The notes under the pieces: model-generated
Seen by the model: the letters and a program-made list of their open reading frames with translations, nothing else
The model's database searches: none
What the model was told of the DNA's origin: nothing
Translations under genes and position numbers: made by a program
Part shown: positions 28,761 to 45,196 of the stretch, one piece after another
How the letters are laid out: every line of letters starts with the position of its first letter
Numbering within the stretch: position 1 is the stretch's first letter
Origin: Eledone cirrhosa
Lineage: Eukaryota
Reading direction: 5' to 3'
Length of the DNA: 64,000 nt
NCBI GenBank assembly: GCA_964016885.1
Contig: OZ024751.1
Coordinates: 49,662,001 to 49,726,000 of the forward strand

Positions 28761-29368
28761 GTATACATGTACTTATGTATTATGAAATATAGAAAAAAAC
28801 GCATGAAAATAAACAAACAATGAAGAATAGATGACAATAAGGCAAGAAAATGATATCTCTAAAATACACAATACAAGATAGGATATCTATGAAATACAGA
28901 ATATACAATATATGATACCCTGGCAACATTACATGGTTCGCAAAAAAAAATCCCACAAACAATAAAACAATTATATTAATAATAATAATAAGATAAAAGA
29001 AAAACTTAACTTTTTTTTTTCGTCCACTTCAAGCATAACGAAAAATATTTGAAAGAAATCCGTGAAGAAGAAAAAGAAAATGAAATGATAGAATAAAGAC
29101 AACAAAAATATCAGCACCAAATTTTTTTCCCCTTCTTTTTCTTCTTCCGGAAACGCAATAATTCACGAACAACAAAAGAAATTATTTCAGAAATAGAAAT
29201 AAGGAAAAAAATATTAGACGAGATATATGGAAGAAATCTGTCAGCAGAAAAAAGCAAAAAAAAAGCGAAAGGAAAAGAAAGAAAAAAGAGAAATAGAGAG
29301 AGATAGAGATGAAGAGGAAGAGAGAGGGGTGGCATAGAAAGAGAGAGGGAGATAGAGAAAGAGAGAGG

Positions 29369-29437
<69 letters not shown>

Positions 29438-29674
29438 AAAGCAAAAAAGATCAGTATAAATAAAGAATTAGTCTATATAATACAAGCAAAAGCAAAGGGA
29501 CAATGAAGTGATAGAAGCAGAGTAAAAGAGGTTATTGACTAAACACGCAGGCAGAAAGGCAATAAAAGAAACGATGTGTTAGAATATGAAGGAAGATGCT
29601 TTGGAGTCAGGTGAATTTTTTTCCCCCCAAATTTATGATTTGATTTGAGTCTCTATTAGTAATGGATACACACA

Positions 29675-29754
<80 letters not shown>

Positions 29755-29851
29755 TGTATACATACGATATATATATATATATATATATGTCCCAAGTCTC
29801 TGATACCATCAACACTATACACACAGAGGTGGCACATCTAAGAACTGACTA

Positions 29852-29907
29852 ACTGCCTGATGAGGTCATAGCCATTCAATGGCTATCATCGAAATATATA
29901 TAGCAGT
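29852..29907 (+). ncRNA. Canonical-core type I hammerhead in a ~165-bp element (29789-29953) embedded in (TA)n
   Basis: ACTGC CTGATGA GGTC ATAGCCAT TCA ATGGCTAT CATC GAAA TATATA TA GCAGT. Confidence 0.87.
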
Positions 29908-29948
29908 AAATAAAGGATTATGAGTTCATGCAATTGACTTATGTTTCG

Positions 29949-30124
<176 letters not shown>

Positions 30125-30302
30125 CATATATATATTTATATATATATATATGTATATATGTGTGTGTGTATATATATATATATATATTATATGTAAGTAT
30201 ATGTATATACGTGTGTGTATTTATAGATAAAAGGTTTACCCCAACGGAGGGCTAGCCAGTTTCAACTCGAGTCTCATAGGTACCATCAAGGGATTTAATA
30301 TA

Positions 30303-30386
<84 letters not shown>

Positions 30387-30604
30387 TATATATATATAAA
30401 ATCAAGGTCTAGCAAATAGAGAAAAAGTTTTAAAATAAATTAAAAAAAATTCGCTGTACGTATATATATGTACGTATGGATTCACCGAACATTTATTATA
30501 ATCCTCGGTGAATCCATACGTACATATATATATATGTGCATGTATGTATATATATATACATACTACTGTACGTCTGTATACATATATGTATGTACGAATA
30601 CATA

Positions 30605-30880
<276 letters not shown>

Positions 30881-30883
30881 CAT

Positions 30884-31000
30884 GGCGTGTGGCTGAGTGG
30901 TTAGGGAATTGGATTCGCAATCGTAAGGTTGTGAGTTCGATTCCTGGACCAGGCGATGCGTTATGTCCTTGAGCAAGACACTTTATTTCACGTTGCTCCT
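30884..31000 (+). mobile_element. tRNA-derived SINE family B 5' part
   Basis: A box TGGCTGAGTGG, B box GAGTTCGATTCC, followed by gtccttgagcaagacactttatttcacgttgctcc. Confidence 0.8.
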
Positions 31001-31821
31001 TCTACCTGGAGTTGCGACCGATAGATAGTATTAGCAATTGGAAAGACCAACGGAAACATTGTTCCCTCGGTCCGATTTGACGAAAGTCGATCGTCTAAGA
31101 TATACATACATATATATATATATGCTTATATATATATATATATATATATCCAGTGGGTGTAACTAGGAGTTACTGCAGGTTCACCCGGGTGAGCACTCGA
31201 TGTTTAGGTTCACTTCTGTGATGATACATGTGTGTACATATACATATGGCTGTGTGTGAGCGTATGCCGATATGTGTGGGCAAGGATGTGCGTATGTGTT
31301 TTATGTTGTGTGTGTTTATACAACAATATATGTGCACATATATACATATATGTGTGTACGTATACGTATATACAAGGTATCTGTCAGACGAAGAGCGTCT
31401 AACTATGTATCTATGTAAGGACCTGACGCCACCAATACATCCACCACACCACCAAAAACGCCGCTACCGTAGACAAAGGCACCACTACCACACCCCGTCC
31501 CACACGCCAACCCATCTACTGACAATCCACTAACCTCATACCACAGCCCATCCCACTAAATAACCTTAACCACAACCATATCTTCACATCCACCCCCACA
31601 TACTCTACACGCCAAGGCCAACCCACCACCACCACATCACAGCCCACCTCATCCACAGACCGTCACCAACATCTCACCATCACACCCACCCCCATATACA
31701 CTACAGGCCAGTACATCGCATTGATCCTTCTCACCAATCAAAACATCTCATTTTGTCAAACTCTTGAAACTCTGACTTTACCACATAGCATGTATTTCAT
31801 TTTCTTATAGCATTTTAAGAG

Positions 31822-31906
31822 GGTCCGTCGAGCTGCCGATTATTGAGTCGGGTAGGATCGATATAGATCGAACCTTGAGCTGATCAGTGGCGAAACGCGC
31901 GTCACC
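31822..31906 (+). ncRNA. Degenerate hammerhead (core CCGTCGA) with extended stem II
   Basis: GGT CCGTCGA GCTGCCGATTA...TGATCAGTGGC GAAA CGCGCG TC ACC followed by aataaa. Confidence 0.5.
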
Positions 31907-32015
31907 TATCAATAAATGCAATGAAGGAATAATCAATCGTCCTTTTTATCCTTTCTATATATATATATACATATATATATGCTTATATATATATATATAT
32001 ATACATTTATATATG

Positions 32016-32103
<88 letters not shown>

Positions 32104-33791
32104 TATGTATACGTACATACATATATGTATACAGACGTACAGTAGTATGTATATATATATACATACATGCACATATATATATATGTACGTATACATACGA
32201 GAGAGAGAGATGTATATTTGAGCTTTTATATATTCTTGAATAGTTCGTTTGGCACAGATCGAATGTTTCGAAAACGGATTCATTTGGCGCAAAAGACTAC
32301 TTAGTGATTCCCACTTTGTTCACTACTAAATACCCCATTTATTTGGAAGAATAATCAACAGGTGACCCTCCTCACACACAAACAGACTACCATTACCCTC
32401 TTGTTTATATATTGTTTGCAGTGGGATTATCATGATTAAACAATATAACCTTACTTTGTGATGCCTTAGGGCCCCTGATAGTCCCAGACTCAAAATCTTT
32501 GTTATAGGATTATTTCAGCTATTAGAAAAATAATTTCCACATCAAGAGCTTACAAACCTAGAATAAGTTTACAAAAATATGACATACAAGCTGGTGTAGT
32601 TTTTGAAACATAGTGTGTTGTTACGACTGAAACGATTTTGATTATATATTTTCAATCTAAGAGCTGATATAACTATCGCATTGGTTGACATCTTTTCACA
32701 CTGTGAATGACTTAGAAGTAAATGTCACGTATAAAGATTGGGGCTGATTTCACCAGAGGACATGTTTGAAGGAATAACGGGAAACATACATAAATAAGTC
32801 GAAGAATATTATAATTATTAAATGCTTTTAATGGTAGGGAATTCTCATTTGACATAAACTCTCTAGCTGTCTTAATAATTACCTAGAGTTTTGGACGTAA
32901 TAAATTGCAATCATTTTTGAATCCAATGTAAAATGTTGTGAGATTGCATTAACTCAGTAATGGCGTTGGGATATTACGGATATGGTGTGTCGTTGGGGGT
33001 ACAATTTATGACAGGAATCAGGATTTTCTCTAAAAGTAAAACTGAAAAATAAAAATACAAAAAAGAAATTAGAGGATATTCTTGTCACGCAATCACGTAC
33101 TGAACAAATCACATTTCAATTGACGACAATATCGAAGTAGGAGGCCGAATCGTAGTATGAGAAACAGATTTGATTATGTTTATAGCAAACAGCTTCAATT
33201 TGTTTGCTTTTACAACTTCGATACTGTGCTGCAACTAAACATTCAATATTAATTATATTTATTTAAGTTATGCGCTAATACAGGTCTCTCATAAAACTGA
33301 AGGCTACTGGGCTCCACAGGAATTACATGTTCAATAAACAAGCTGTATAATGTATACTTTTATACGTAGATGCCTCAGCCGTATTCTTGAAAAGCTGGAT
33401 TTCATAGAATGAGGAGAGATACGGCTAATTATGAAACTATAGTGTACAACGCATCAATGGATCAGTTAGAATATATTACACATTTAAGTATCATATACAC
33501 AATTAAGTGTGTATATATACACACATGCAGATACATACATATATACATACATATTCATACATATATATACCTATATACATGTATGCATACATGCATACGT
33601 ACATCTATACGTACATATATATATATATTCTTATGTGCATACATGCATGTATATATACATACATGAGCTATTCTCATACTTGTAATTGGATAATATTTAA
33701 TATTTCCCACATTATATATATATATATACATATATATATATACAATTATACTTACATCCATACATAAATATATGCATATATATATATATAT

Positions 33792-34025
33792 GGTGGCTGC
33801 CAACTCGTTTTCGAGTACGGTCACTACTTTATATCCATGTAGGAGAACCCCTACAGATGCGCTGAACGAGTGTTACTTTTTAGTCCAGCCAGTGACTTGA
33901 AAACTCTGGTACAAACACTACACTTGTGACAATTATTGACACATAGTGCTGGGCCCTTGGTACCATGTGACGACAAGTGCAGAGAGATCTCCAGATATAA
34001 AGAAATGCCTGTGCCGTGAAGCTTT
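33792..34025 (-). mobile_element. RTE-derived element 3' part
   Basis: Near-identical to 8201-8432. Confidence 0.8.
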
Positions 34026-34500
34026 TATATATATACATACATATACATACATATATGCAGACAGACAAATAGACAAGATATACAAATTCTTACATGCACA
34101 GTGCACAGACATGCATAGATACATATATGCCTAAACAGTTGGATGGTATTGTTCAGTTTCCATTGAAATAGTTAAGTTCCATGGTAGAAACCAAGTTGAT
34201 TCACTATCGCTAAGAAATTTAATAAATAAAACCAGAATGAACGAACCAATATCCATCAAACGTAAACACATATGTAAAAAAAAGCATGAAACAGACAACC
34301 ACTCCTGACAAAACAATCATGGCTGTTACCTCTCGCTTTTCATTCATCTTACAACCTTTTCTTACATCAACTATCTTAAATCAGAGTACACGAGTCTTAT
34401 AGCTAAGACGTGCGTGGCATTCGTATACACGCGATTATATAAGTCTTCACAGACTTGTATGCTGAATATACATATATACATACACCGATATATATGTATT

Positions 34501-34531
<31 letters not shown>

Positions 34532-34546
34532 CTGTGCGTGGCTGGC

Positions 34547-34578
<32 letters not shown>

Positions 34579-34652
34579 TGTGTCTGTGCGTGGCTGGCTG
34601 TGTGTGTATAATTGTGTATGTGTGTGCGAATGTGTCTGTATGCACACGCGCG

Positions 34653-34748
<96 letters not shown>

Positions 34749-34749
34749 T

Positions 34750-34780
<31 letters not shown>

Positions 34781-34819
34781 ATATATATATACATTGGTGT
34801 ATGTGTGTGTATATACATA

Positions 34820-34897
<78 letters not shown>

Positions 34898-34924
34898 TAT
34901 ATACATACATATATATAGAGAGAG

Positions 34925-34979
<55 letters not shown>

Positions 34980-35045
34980 AATGTATATACATATATATAA
35001 GTATGTATATATATATCTCTCTCTCTATATATATATATAAATATA

Positions 35046-35112
<67 letters not shown>

Positions 35113-35244
35113 TGCACACGTACACGAGGATTATTTAAACACTCCTCCACAAATATTTAGTGAATACACCTTCTCATATTTAAAATGTCATAAACACACA
35201 TGCGCTCACACGCACAAGCACACATATGAATATGTGTGTATGTA

Positions 35245-35276
<32 letters not shown>

Positions 35277-36503
35277 CAAACACACACATACATATATATA
35301 TGTACGTACATAGTTATAGATTTATAGAAATATAGAAACACATAATATGCAGACACATAGACCTCCCCCACCCTACCCACCCCACATACACTCAGGGATA
35401 TGGAGAAATGTGTGTGTTTACGCATATATTTATTAGTATATACCATATATCTATATGTGTATGTATATATGTATGCATGTATGTATTTAAATATATACAT
35501 GTGAATATACGCATACATACATGTATTTATATATATATTTATACATATATTCATACATTCATACACATAATCACAAACTTGCATACATACATACGTACAT
35601 ACATACATACATACATACATACATACATACATACATACATACATACATACATACATACATACATACATACATACATACATACATACATTTATAAGTACAA
35701 CTATGTCTTCATATTTTCGCATGCAAGCAAGCATTGTTACATAGAGAGAAAGAGATGAAGACATTTACCGAAAATGACGGATTTTAAATGCACTTAAGAA
35801 GAAGCAACTGTTTGTGCATTAAGAATCCTTCATTAAACATAACTCGACTTAAGTTTCTGCTTTTATTAACCAAACAAAGTGGATTACTCTGCTAATCCTT
35901 TCGCTGCTCATATCAAGTATTCTACCTTTAACTGATTCGGTCACACACATTGTAAAGACACTACACTCTTTCGCGTCCCTCACACACACACAACACAATG
36001 AATGCTATCTAATTTTAAACATTATATAATGCACGTCTTGTATTTTTGCTACATATTTATTTGGCTATATATTGTTTTAATCTATCAAATCGATGCCGTG
36101 TAAGCTAGCGTCATCTTTTATGTACTAACTTACGTTTGGTTCGTTAATACAGCTACTTGTTGCAGTTTGATCGTGACACATGCCATAATCATGTTGGCCT
36201 TAAGAAGAGCATCTTTTTCTTAAAAGTTTATGCATACTTATATACATATTAGATAAAAAGAGAGTTAAAGAAATGTGGGATTTCATAGAATCTCCATGTA
36301 TTATATAAAGAGTCCGACGCTAATATCTTAAACATAATTTTAATCTATGTCACAATTTTAATATAATAGCAATGGCCCAATGCCTTTTGTGTCTCTCACA
36401 CTTTCTCGATACAATACTTATCTATCTGCTTATTTCTCTGTATATTTATCTGTTTCACTGCGGCCCTCTCTATACGCACACACTAATATATACATATATT
36501 ATA

Positions 36504-36649
<146 letters not shown>

Positions 36650-36854
36650 GGTGTGTGTGTGTGTGTACGCGCGTGTGTGTGAGTGTGTGTGTACGCGCGC
36701 GCGCGTCTGTGTGTAGAGGGAGAGGGGGAGATACTGCTTAGGGGACAGGCAAGAACACAAACACTCAACCCTGATCGCCATAGATGGAGGTAGTTGGTGC
36801 AGTGCCCCAGCGACACCGAAAAGGGTTAATTGACCATGATGCTGATGCTGATAG

Positions 36855-36906
<52 letters not shown>

Positions 36907-37985
36907 CAAGATGCTAATGCACGGGTTTAATGGAGTTTTTGCTGTTATTTCTAACAAATAGTGCGATCGCAGAGAGGTTGGTACCTGCTATTTATTGAAT
37001 ATAGCTATGTAGATATATATATATGAGTTCAAGTTGGGATGAACGCTATGAGGAGAACACCTTTTATGGGATGTAATATGATTCAAAACATAAATGGCCG
37101 ATTTATTCATTTTTCCTTACAATATGTCACAAAAACTAACATGTTGTTGCATCTTGATATAATATGGCGGAGATGATACGATGCGCATGACGCAAACGCA
37201 TGGCTCTTAAAACTTTTAAGTAGGTACCACAACGTTGAATGTGAAATTCAGCGCTATAAACAATGGTAGACTATTCAAATGTGAAGTAATTAGCTGGTTT
37301 TCTAGTACAAAATTGAATGGTTTCATTCATATAATTCATCGACAATAAAGCGGCTACACTTCTGATAAGAGATTATGTTTCTCGTAAAAACGAAGGCGAC
37401 ACAAGAGATAGCTATCAGCCAGAGAAATGGTCTGATTCAGGCAAAAAGAGAAAAGGATTTTCTATCATACTCAAACGCCATTAATAAGGTCAGAGGGAGT
37501 GTTTGGGTGTATTATTGGTGCACAAAAATAAAAGTCACCTCTTAGTAGTAGATGAATGATGTTAGAGCTTTAATGACAATTGTTGTATGGATGCACATAC
37601 ATATAAATATATATATATACGTACCTATGCACATATGTGTATACATACTTCATGTGTGTATACATACTACATATATATATGTACATACTACATATGTGTA
37701 TACATACTACAAATACATGTATATATGCTACACGATGTATACATACTAGATATATGTATACATACTATATATATGCATACATACTACAAATATGTGTACA
37801 TACTACATATATCTATGCATACTAGATATATGTATACATATGCATGTATGCATAATCAAAAATTTGTCCTGGAGCTTTATCCTGGATGTATCGGGTCTTG
37901 ACACATCCAAGGCTTATCAAATCCCGGGATTCATACTTACGGATTCCACCAGCCGTGGTTCTTCACCTATAGGTCTCTAGATAAC

Positions 37986-37986
<1 letters not shown>

Positions 37987-38016
<30 letters not shown>

Positions 38017-38122
38017 CTTCTTCTTCTTCTTCTTCTTCTTCTTCTTCTTCTTCTTCTTCTTCTTCTTCTTCTTCTTCTTCTTCTTCTTCTTCTTCTTCTT
38101 CTTCTTCTTCTTCTTCTTCTTC
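37987..38122. repeat. (CTT)n microsatellite, ~45 units
   Basis: Direct reading. Confidence 0.95.
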
Positions 38123-38260
38123 TATATACACGACTATGTTCAATGTAGTTTGATATGATACACGTGTACACGAGAGAGAACATCTCAGATCATAACCAGT
38201 TCCACTAAATAGTGCGTTATATTTTAGAGCATACGTTTAAATATGTGTTACTCTATACAA

Positions 38261-38640
38261 TACAGTCATGATAACACATTGTTTCAGGCATGTGTCACTA
38301 CAGTCATTATAAACATTTGGTTAAAATATATGATATCATATGATATACAGTCATATATAACAGATTGTTTCACGCCTGTGATACTATATGTAATACAGTC
38401 ATTATAAACATTTGGTTAAAATATATGACATCATATGATATACAGTCATGATAACACATTGTTTCAGACATGTGTTACTATATGTAATACAGTCATTATA
38501 AACATTTGGTTAAAATATATATCATATGATATACAGTCATGATAACAGATTGTTTCAGGCAAGTGTTACTATATGTAATACAGTCATTATAAACATTTGG
38601 TTAAAATATATATCATATGATATACAGTCATGATAACATA
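38261..38640. repeat. ~88-bp minisatellite with two tacagtcat subunits, ~4 copies
   Basis: tacagtcatgataacacattgtttcag...tacagtcattataaacatttggttaaaatatat repeated. Confidence 0.85.
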
Positions 38641-38930
38641 TTACAAACATGTCGCCAATATCTTAACATGGTAGAATTTCATGAACATATGTGACAGTAT
38701 GGGGTTGGTGATATAACACATATATATATATATATTTATATACATACTAATACATTTAGTACATAAATATATATATATATATGTATTTATATATATTTAT
38801 ATATATTTAGTTATGTAATAAACAACATAAGATAATTATTTCATTTACCAGTGGTTTCTTGAAAACAACCAAAATTGTAATATCTGTTATATTTTTGTTT
38901 TTCAAATCGACTGTCAATAACGACACCAGG

Positions 38931-38998
38931 ATTATTTTATTCTGATGAATGAAAGCAATTTTGGTTGCTTTCAAGAAACCACTGGTAAATGAAATAAT
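38931..38998 (+). ncRNA. Type I hammerhead ribozyme with 11-bp stem I; partial inverted copy at 38809-38877
   Basis: ATTATTTTATT CTGATGA A TGAAAGCAAT TTTG GTTGCTTTCA A GAAA CC ACT GG TA AATGAAATAAT. Confidence 0.85.
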
Positions 38999-39084
38999 TA
39001 TTTCATATTGTTTATTACGTAACTAATAAGCTCTGTAACTTACATAGAGCACTCTTTTTTCCTCGACCTTTCAGACGGAATTAC

Positions 39085-39135
<51 letters not shown>

Positions 39136-39207
39136 ATAATATATATAAAGCTATGTATACATATGTGGGGATATATATATATATATATGTCTATATATAT
39201 ATATATG

Positions 39208-39263
<56 letters not shown>

Positions 39264-39700
39264 CATTTATATATATATATATATATTAACAATATCGGAG
39301 ATAGCTTTTTAGTGATACTCCGGCCAAATTCCAACTCACTCAACAAACTTTAGGAAATAAGTGATTATATTCCTAATTAAACGTTCGGGGTGCTAACTAA
39401 AAGTATTGCGTGGAAAATTGGCTGTATTATTTCATATGAGACATATCTAATATATCTCTTCCCAGACGGACGTCTCGTTTCATTATAGGATTCCTACAAT
39501 TTGGGTGAAATTATACCAATTTATGTAGGAGCTTGTATACCATCAATAGATATATATTCAAGTGGGCTCCTATAATTCATGAGTGGGTGCCCCAATAATA
39601 CTAATATTGATAGTCTAATATATATATATATAGTCATATATATATATATATATATGAACGGAAAAAATGAAACGAAATTTCATTTCCCACTCTTACATAC

Positions 39701-39815
<115 letters not shown>

Positions 39816-39950
39816 TATATATATAGAGAGAGTGAGAGAGAGATACAGGGATATGGGGATATGTATATATATAAGGTTATATATGAATATATATATATAT
39901 ATATGTGTGTGTGTATGTCTGTGTGCGTGTATGTATGTATATATGTATAC

Positions 39951-39992
<42 letters not shown>

Positions 39993-40321
39993 CATACTAA
40001 ACACACACCTATGTATACTTCAAAGGACGTAGCCTCTTTGTTACACTAAAAGCTGGTCTAGATATGTCTAGATATGTCCTCCATACTGTTCCATATAGTT
40101 AGGTATCGGCAAACTAGCAAATATCTAATAAACAATGAGTTTTTTTCTCTCTTCACATGTTACTATTCCTCTCCCACACAGCGTCTCTAAAACACACCAA
40201 CTTATTTCTCTACATCCTCTCGTTCCTTCTCCGCCATTTTCTCACCTACATATTTCCATATAATATATAATACATTATGAGTATGTATGTGTGAATAGAC
40301 ACATATGTATTATAAATGTGT

Positions 40322-40359
<38 letters not shown>

Positions 40360-40681
40360 TTGAGTATGTGTGTGAGAGAGAGTTTGTGTATGTGTGCGTA
40401 AGAGTGCTTATATATAAATATCTATGCATGTATATATATGCATGTGTGTATATATACATACATATATATATATGGGTGTGTGTGTGTGTGGTGCATATAT
40501 ATATATGTTCATACACACGTTCAGTCATTCATATATGCATACATACGTACATGCATACGTACATGCATATATAGATACATACATACATACCTACATACAA
40601 ACATATATACATACATAAATACATATGTACGTGATGGCTGCCCTCTCGTTATCGAGTATGGCCATTGCACGAAAAAAAATA

Positions 40682-40725
<44 letters not shown>

Positions 40726-40774
40726 TTAATGATAATAATAAATAAATAAAAATAATATATATATATATACATGC

Positions 40775-40917
<143 letters not shown>

Positions 40918-40932
40918 TACATACATATATAC

Positions 40933-41021
<89 letters not shown>

Positions 41022-41166
41022 TACATACATATATACATTCATACATATATATACATACATACATATATATATATATACATACATACATATAAAAAAAATA
41101 TATATATCTTCACGCACAGGCATTGCACATATATACATACATACATATATACATACATACAAACAT

Positions 41167-41518
41167 GGTGGCTGCCAACTCGTTTTCGAGTACGGCCACT
41201 ACTTTATATCCATGTAGGAGAACCCCTACCGATGCACTGAACGAGTGTGACTTTTTAGTCCAGCCAGCGACTTGAAAACTCTGGTACAAAGACTACACTT
41301 GTGACCATTATTGACACATAGTGCAGGGCCCATGGTACCATGTGATGACAAGTGCAGAGAGATCTCCAGATATAAAGCAATGCCTGTGCTGTGAAGCTTT
41401 TATAGTGAGCAAAGGCACTGCACAAAGCCAGTCCCACTCTCTTAACCAAGATGATATTTACCAAAAAGTAGAACAAGTCAACATCATTGGATACCATCAG
41501 GGTTGCAGGTGTTATATC
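41167..41518 (-). mobile_element. RTE-derived element
   Basis: Near-identical to 8201-8550. Confidence 0.8.
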
Positions 41519-41746
41519 ATGTCATACAAACATACATATATACATACATACATACAAACATAACTACATACAAACGTATATATATACATACATACAAACA
41601 TAGATACAAACATATATATGTATGTATGTATGTATACACACATTGATGGCCGCTATATGGTATGTAATGTTTCCTATTATCAACTCTATTGATATCTATC
41701 ATATATGTTAATACTTTGTTATAGTTTTTACTTGCGGTTCCATCAT

Positions 41747-41787
<41 letters not shown>

Positions 41788-41839
41788 CATGATGATGATG
41801 ATGATGATATCAATCTCTCTCTCGCTATATATATATATT

Positions 41840-41870
<31 letters not shown>

Positions 41871-41927
41871 GTATATATATAAATATATATACATATATAT
41901 CTTTCTGCCCCCTGTCTCCTTTCTCTC

Positions 41928-42054
<127 letters not shown>

Positions 42055-42069
42055 CATTCTCTCTCTCGC

Positions 42070-42100
<31 letters not shown>

Positions 42101-42166
42101 ATATATATTTATATATGTATATATATAAATATACATATATATATCTTTCTGCCCCCTGTCTCTCTT

Positions 42167-42228
<62 letters not shown>

Positions 42229-42256
42229 CATCTCTCTCTCTATATATATATATATT

Positions 42257-42287
<31 letters not shown>

Positions 42288-42368
42288 CCATCTCTCTCTC
42301 TCTATATATATATATATTTATATATATATATATACATATATATATCTTTCTGCCCCCATCTATCTCTT

Positions 42369-42399
<31 letters not shown>

Positions 42400-42424
42400 C
42401 CATCTCTCGCTATATATATATATT

Positions 42425-42457
<33 letters not shown>

Positions 42458-42501
42458 CTTTCTGTCCCCCTCTCTCTCTTTCTCTTTCTCTCTCTCTCTC
42501 T

Positions 42502-42546
<45 letters not shown>

Positions 42547-42999
42547 TCTCTCTCTCTCTCTCTCCCTTTCTCTCTCTCACTCTCTCTTAAGTTTCTCTAA
42601 ATCTCCCTCGCTCTCTGTCTCTCTCACCCCTGCTCTCTCTCTCCCTCTCTCTCTCTTTCTCTCTCTCTCTGTCTTAACATTCTCTAATTCTCTCTCACCC
42701 CCTCTATCTCTCCGCCTCACCCTCTCTCTACATATATGTCACTGTCTCTCTATCTCTCTGTCATATTTCACTAATCCCCACCACCCCCACCGCTCACTAT
42801 GTCGTACTGTTAACGTTTTAACAGCAATGTTTTACTCTTTCAATGTACGTGTGTCTCAGCATCTGTATAATCATGCATAGATTTAATTGTATGCCCCCAC
42901 GCACACATACACACACACACACACAAACACACACACGCACGCATATATATATATCTATTTATATATATATTTATATATATATTTATATATATATTTATA

Positions 43000-43039
<40 letters not shown>

Positions 43040-43071
43040 TATACATATATTTATATATATATTTATATATA

Positions 43072-43163
<92 letters not shown>

Positions 43164-43261
43164 TATACCTATATGTATATGTATATAGTTATATATACCT
43201 GTGTGCTTATATGTATGTAAATATATATATATATATATACATATAGTTATATGTATGTAAG

Positions 43262-43345
<84 letters not shown>

Positions 43346-43763
43346 CACATACATATATATATATGTACATGTGCATATGTATATATGTATATATATATAT
43401 ATATATGGTGGGGTGTATGTGTGTGCATATGTGTGTATACATGCCCATAAAATATGTACATGGTCGTAAAATATCATTAATATTTTGGCTACTCTTTTTG
43501 TTGTCCTTGTTAATAAAATAATAAAAAAAACTATGCTTCGTGATACAATCTATAAACCACTATCACCATCACTACTACCACTACTACTACTACTACCACC
43601 ACCACCAACACCACCACTACTACTATTAATACTACTAATAATAAAAATAATGATGATGATAGTGGTGATGATGATGATGATGATAATAATGATGATACCC
43701 TGTGATATTATTATTTATCACACGATAAAAATGGTGTTTGTACTATTAACAGTAGTAATATTA

Positions 43764-43940
43764 GTGGATTGGCAATATCGGTAGAGGGTCGGACACGATG
43801 CTTTGCAGCATAGAGTTACCTGCCTTTATGATCTGAGTTCAAATCCCGCCGAGGTTAACTTTGTCTTTCATCCTTACGGGGTCGATAAAATAAAGTACCA
43901 GTAATGCACTGGGATTATTTCTGGCCATGTGCCAAAAGTA
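43764..43940 (+). mobile_element. SINE family A
   Basis: Family head, core and 3' motif present. Confidence 0.88.
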
Positions 43941-44256
43941 CAAGGTGATGATGATGATAATTATTATTATTATCGTAAAGATGGTTCCGTCTATTAGCCA
44001 CAAGAGCTCCAGTTATTTGGAACAATACGAGGACGAAAAATGACTCAGAATGTGGTTTTCATGGATTAATGTGAAGGGCAATATCAACAAAATAACCTAA
44101 AAAGGAATAGATAGGACAATAACAACAAAAATAATTATTGTCTGATATCCTTAATGGCGGCGGTCGTGCGGATGATACAGGAATCTGATTTACAGCGAAG
44201 AGTGCATTAGAACATGATATGATACTGATCCCCGGCGGCCATTTTTATCGCCCAGT

Positions 44257-44638
44257 AAGCTGGTGGATGGGCAGTATTGGTAGAAGGTCGGACGCCATGC
44301 TTTGCAGCATTGAGTTACGGTTGTTTACGGACTGAGTTCAAATCCTGCCGAGGTTAACTTTGTGTTTCATCCTTACAGGGTCGATAAAATAATGTACCAG
44401 TAATGTACTGGGTATTTGCTGGCCTTATGCCAAATATAGAAACAATTATTTAGCGTTGCTCGCGTCCACTCTTTTCGCAAGTATGAGTTGTGGCTGTAAT
44501 TCAAAGCATCGACCTTTATATAGATCATGATACTTTGAATCTCCCTGAGAACTACGTTAAGTTTGCACGTGTCTGTAGAATGTTTTGGGCACTGCAAGCC
44601 ACTGGAACACTCGTCGTCAGAACTATGAGTGATCCAAC
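44257..44638 (+). mobile_element. Composite SINE A + SINE B 3' part
   Basis: SINE A to 44444, then tagcgttg...gaatctccctgagaactacgttaag...cactcgtcgtcagaac; same junction in reverse at 54423-54797. Confidence 0.8.
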
Positions 44639-44750
44639 ACATGAATATATATATGCATACACACAAGTATCTATAGTCATATATAACTGTGTGGTGTGTG
44701 TGTGTATGTGTTTGTATGCGTGTGTGTGTGTGTGTGTTTAATATAGAAAT

Positions 44751-44801
44751 GGCTTCTACAGGACTAGAACTGTTTCATTCGGGAGAAATCTTCAGCAAGC
44801 C
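44751..44801 (-). ncRNA. Hammerhead ribozyme, family 3
   Basis: rc: GGCTTG CTGAAGA TTTCTCCCGAAT GAAA CAG TTCTAGTC CTG TA GAAGCC. Confidence 0.7.
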
Positions 44802-45059
44802 GACTGTCATATAGAAGCCATTTCTATATTAAATATCTATACTCTGCTATGTATTGAGTACCTTACTTACTGTGGTTATCCTCGATTGAACCCAGGATAA
44901 TAATAAATTTGAAGACTAAAATCCAAAGAGGGCTCGATAAGGATAAATATATATCAAATATATAAGAATCTGTTATTTTAATAAATATATATATATAAAT
45001 TATTAAAAAAATAATGAATAAACAAAGAAACAGTTCCTTATATTAAACAAAAAAAGTTC

Positions 45060-45196
45060 ATTATTTTACGATCGTTTCTAGGACATATATGTGATAGAAT
45101 TGGTATGCATATTCTATAGATCTATGTACAATATTATACAAACTATCAGAGGGAATATACATACCTTCACATATATATGCTGTCTTCAGAAATAAT
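45060..45196 (-). ncRNA. Hammerhead ribozyme with long stem II, family 1
   Basis: rc: ATTATTT CTGAAGA cagc atatatatgtga...tcacatatatgt cc ta GAAA CGATCG TA AAATAAT. Confidence 0.75.

Noticed and set aside
30884-30955. Possible tRNA gene
   Set aside because: A/B boxes present, but no clean acceptor stem and it runs into SINE body sequence, so it is a SINE head
32340-32620. Possible Tc1-like remnant with TIR-like end
   Set aside because: No convincing translated motif or matching second TIR
38261-38640. CRISPR-like repeat spacing
   Set aside because: Intervening sequences are themselves repeated; eukaryotic minisatellite with no cas genes
39465-39550. Minus-strand long hairpin with GAAACGAGACGTC
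   Set aside because: Core is TTGATGG and stem I does not pair; at most a decayed HHR
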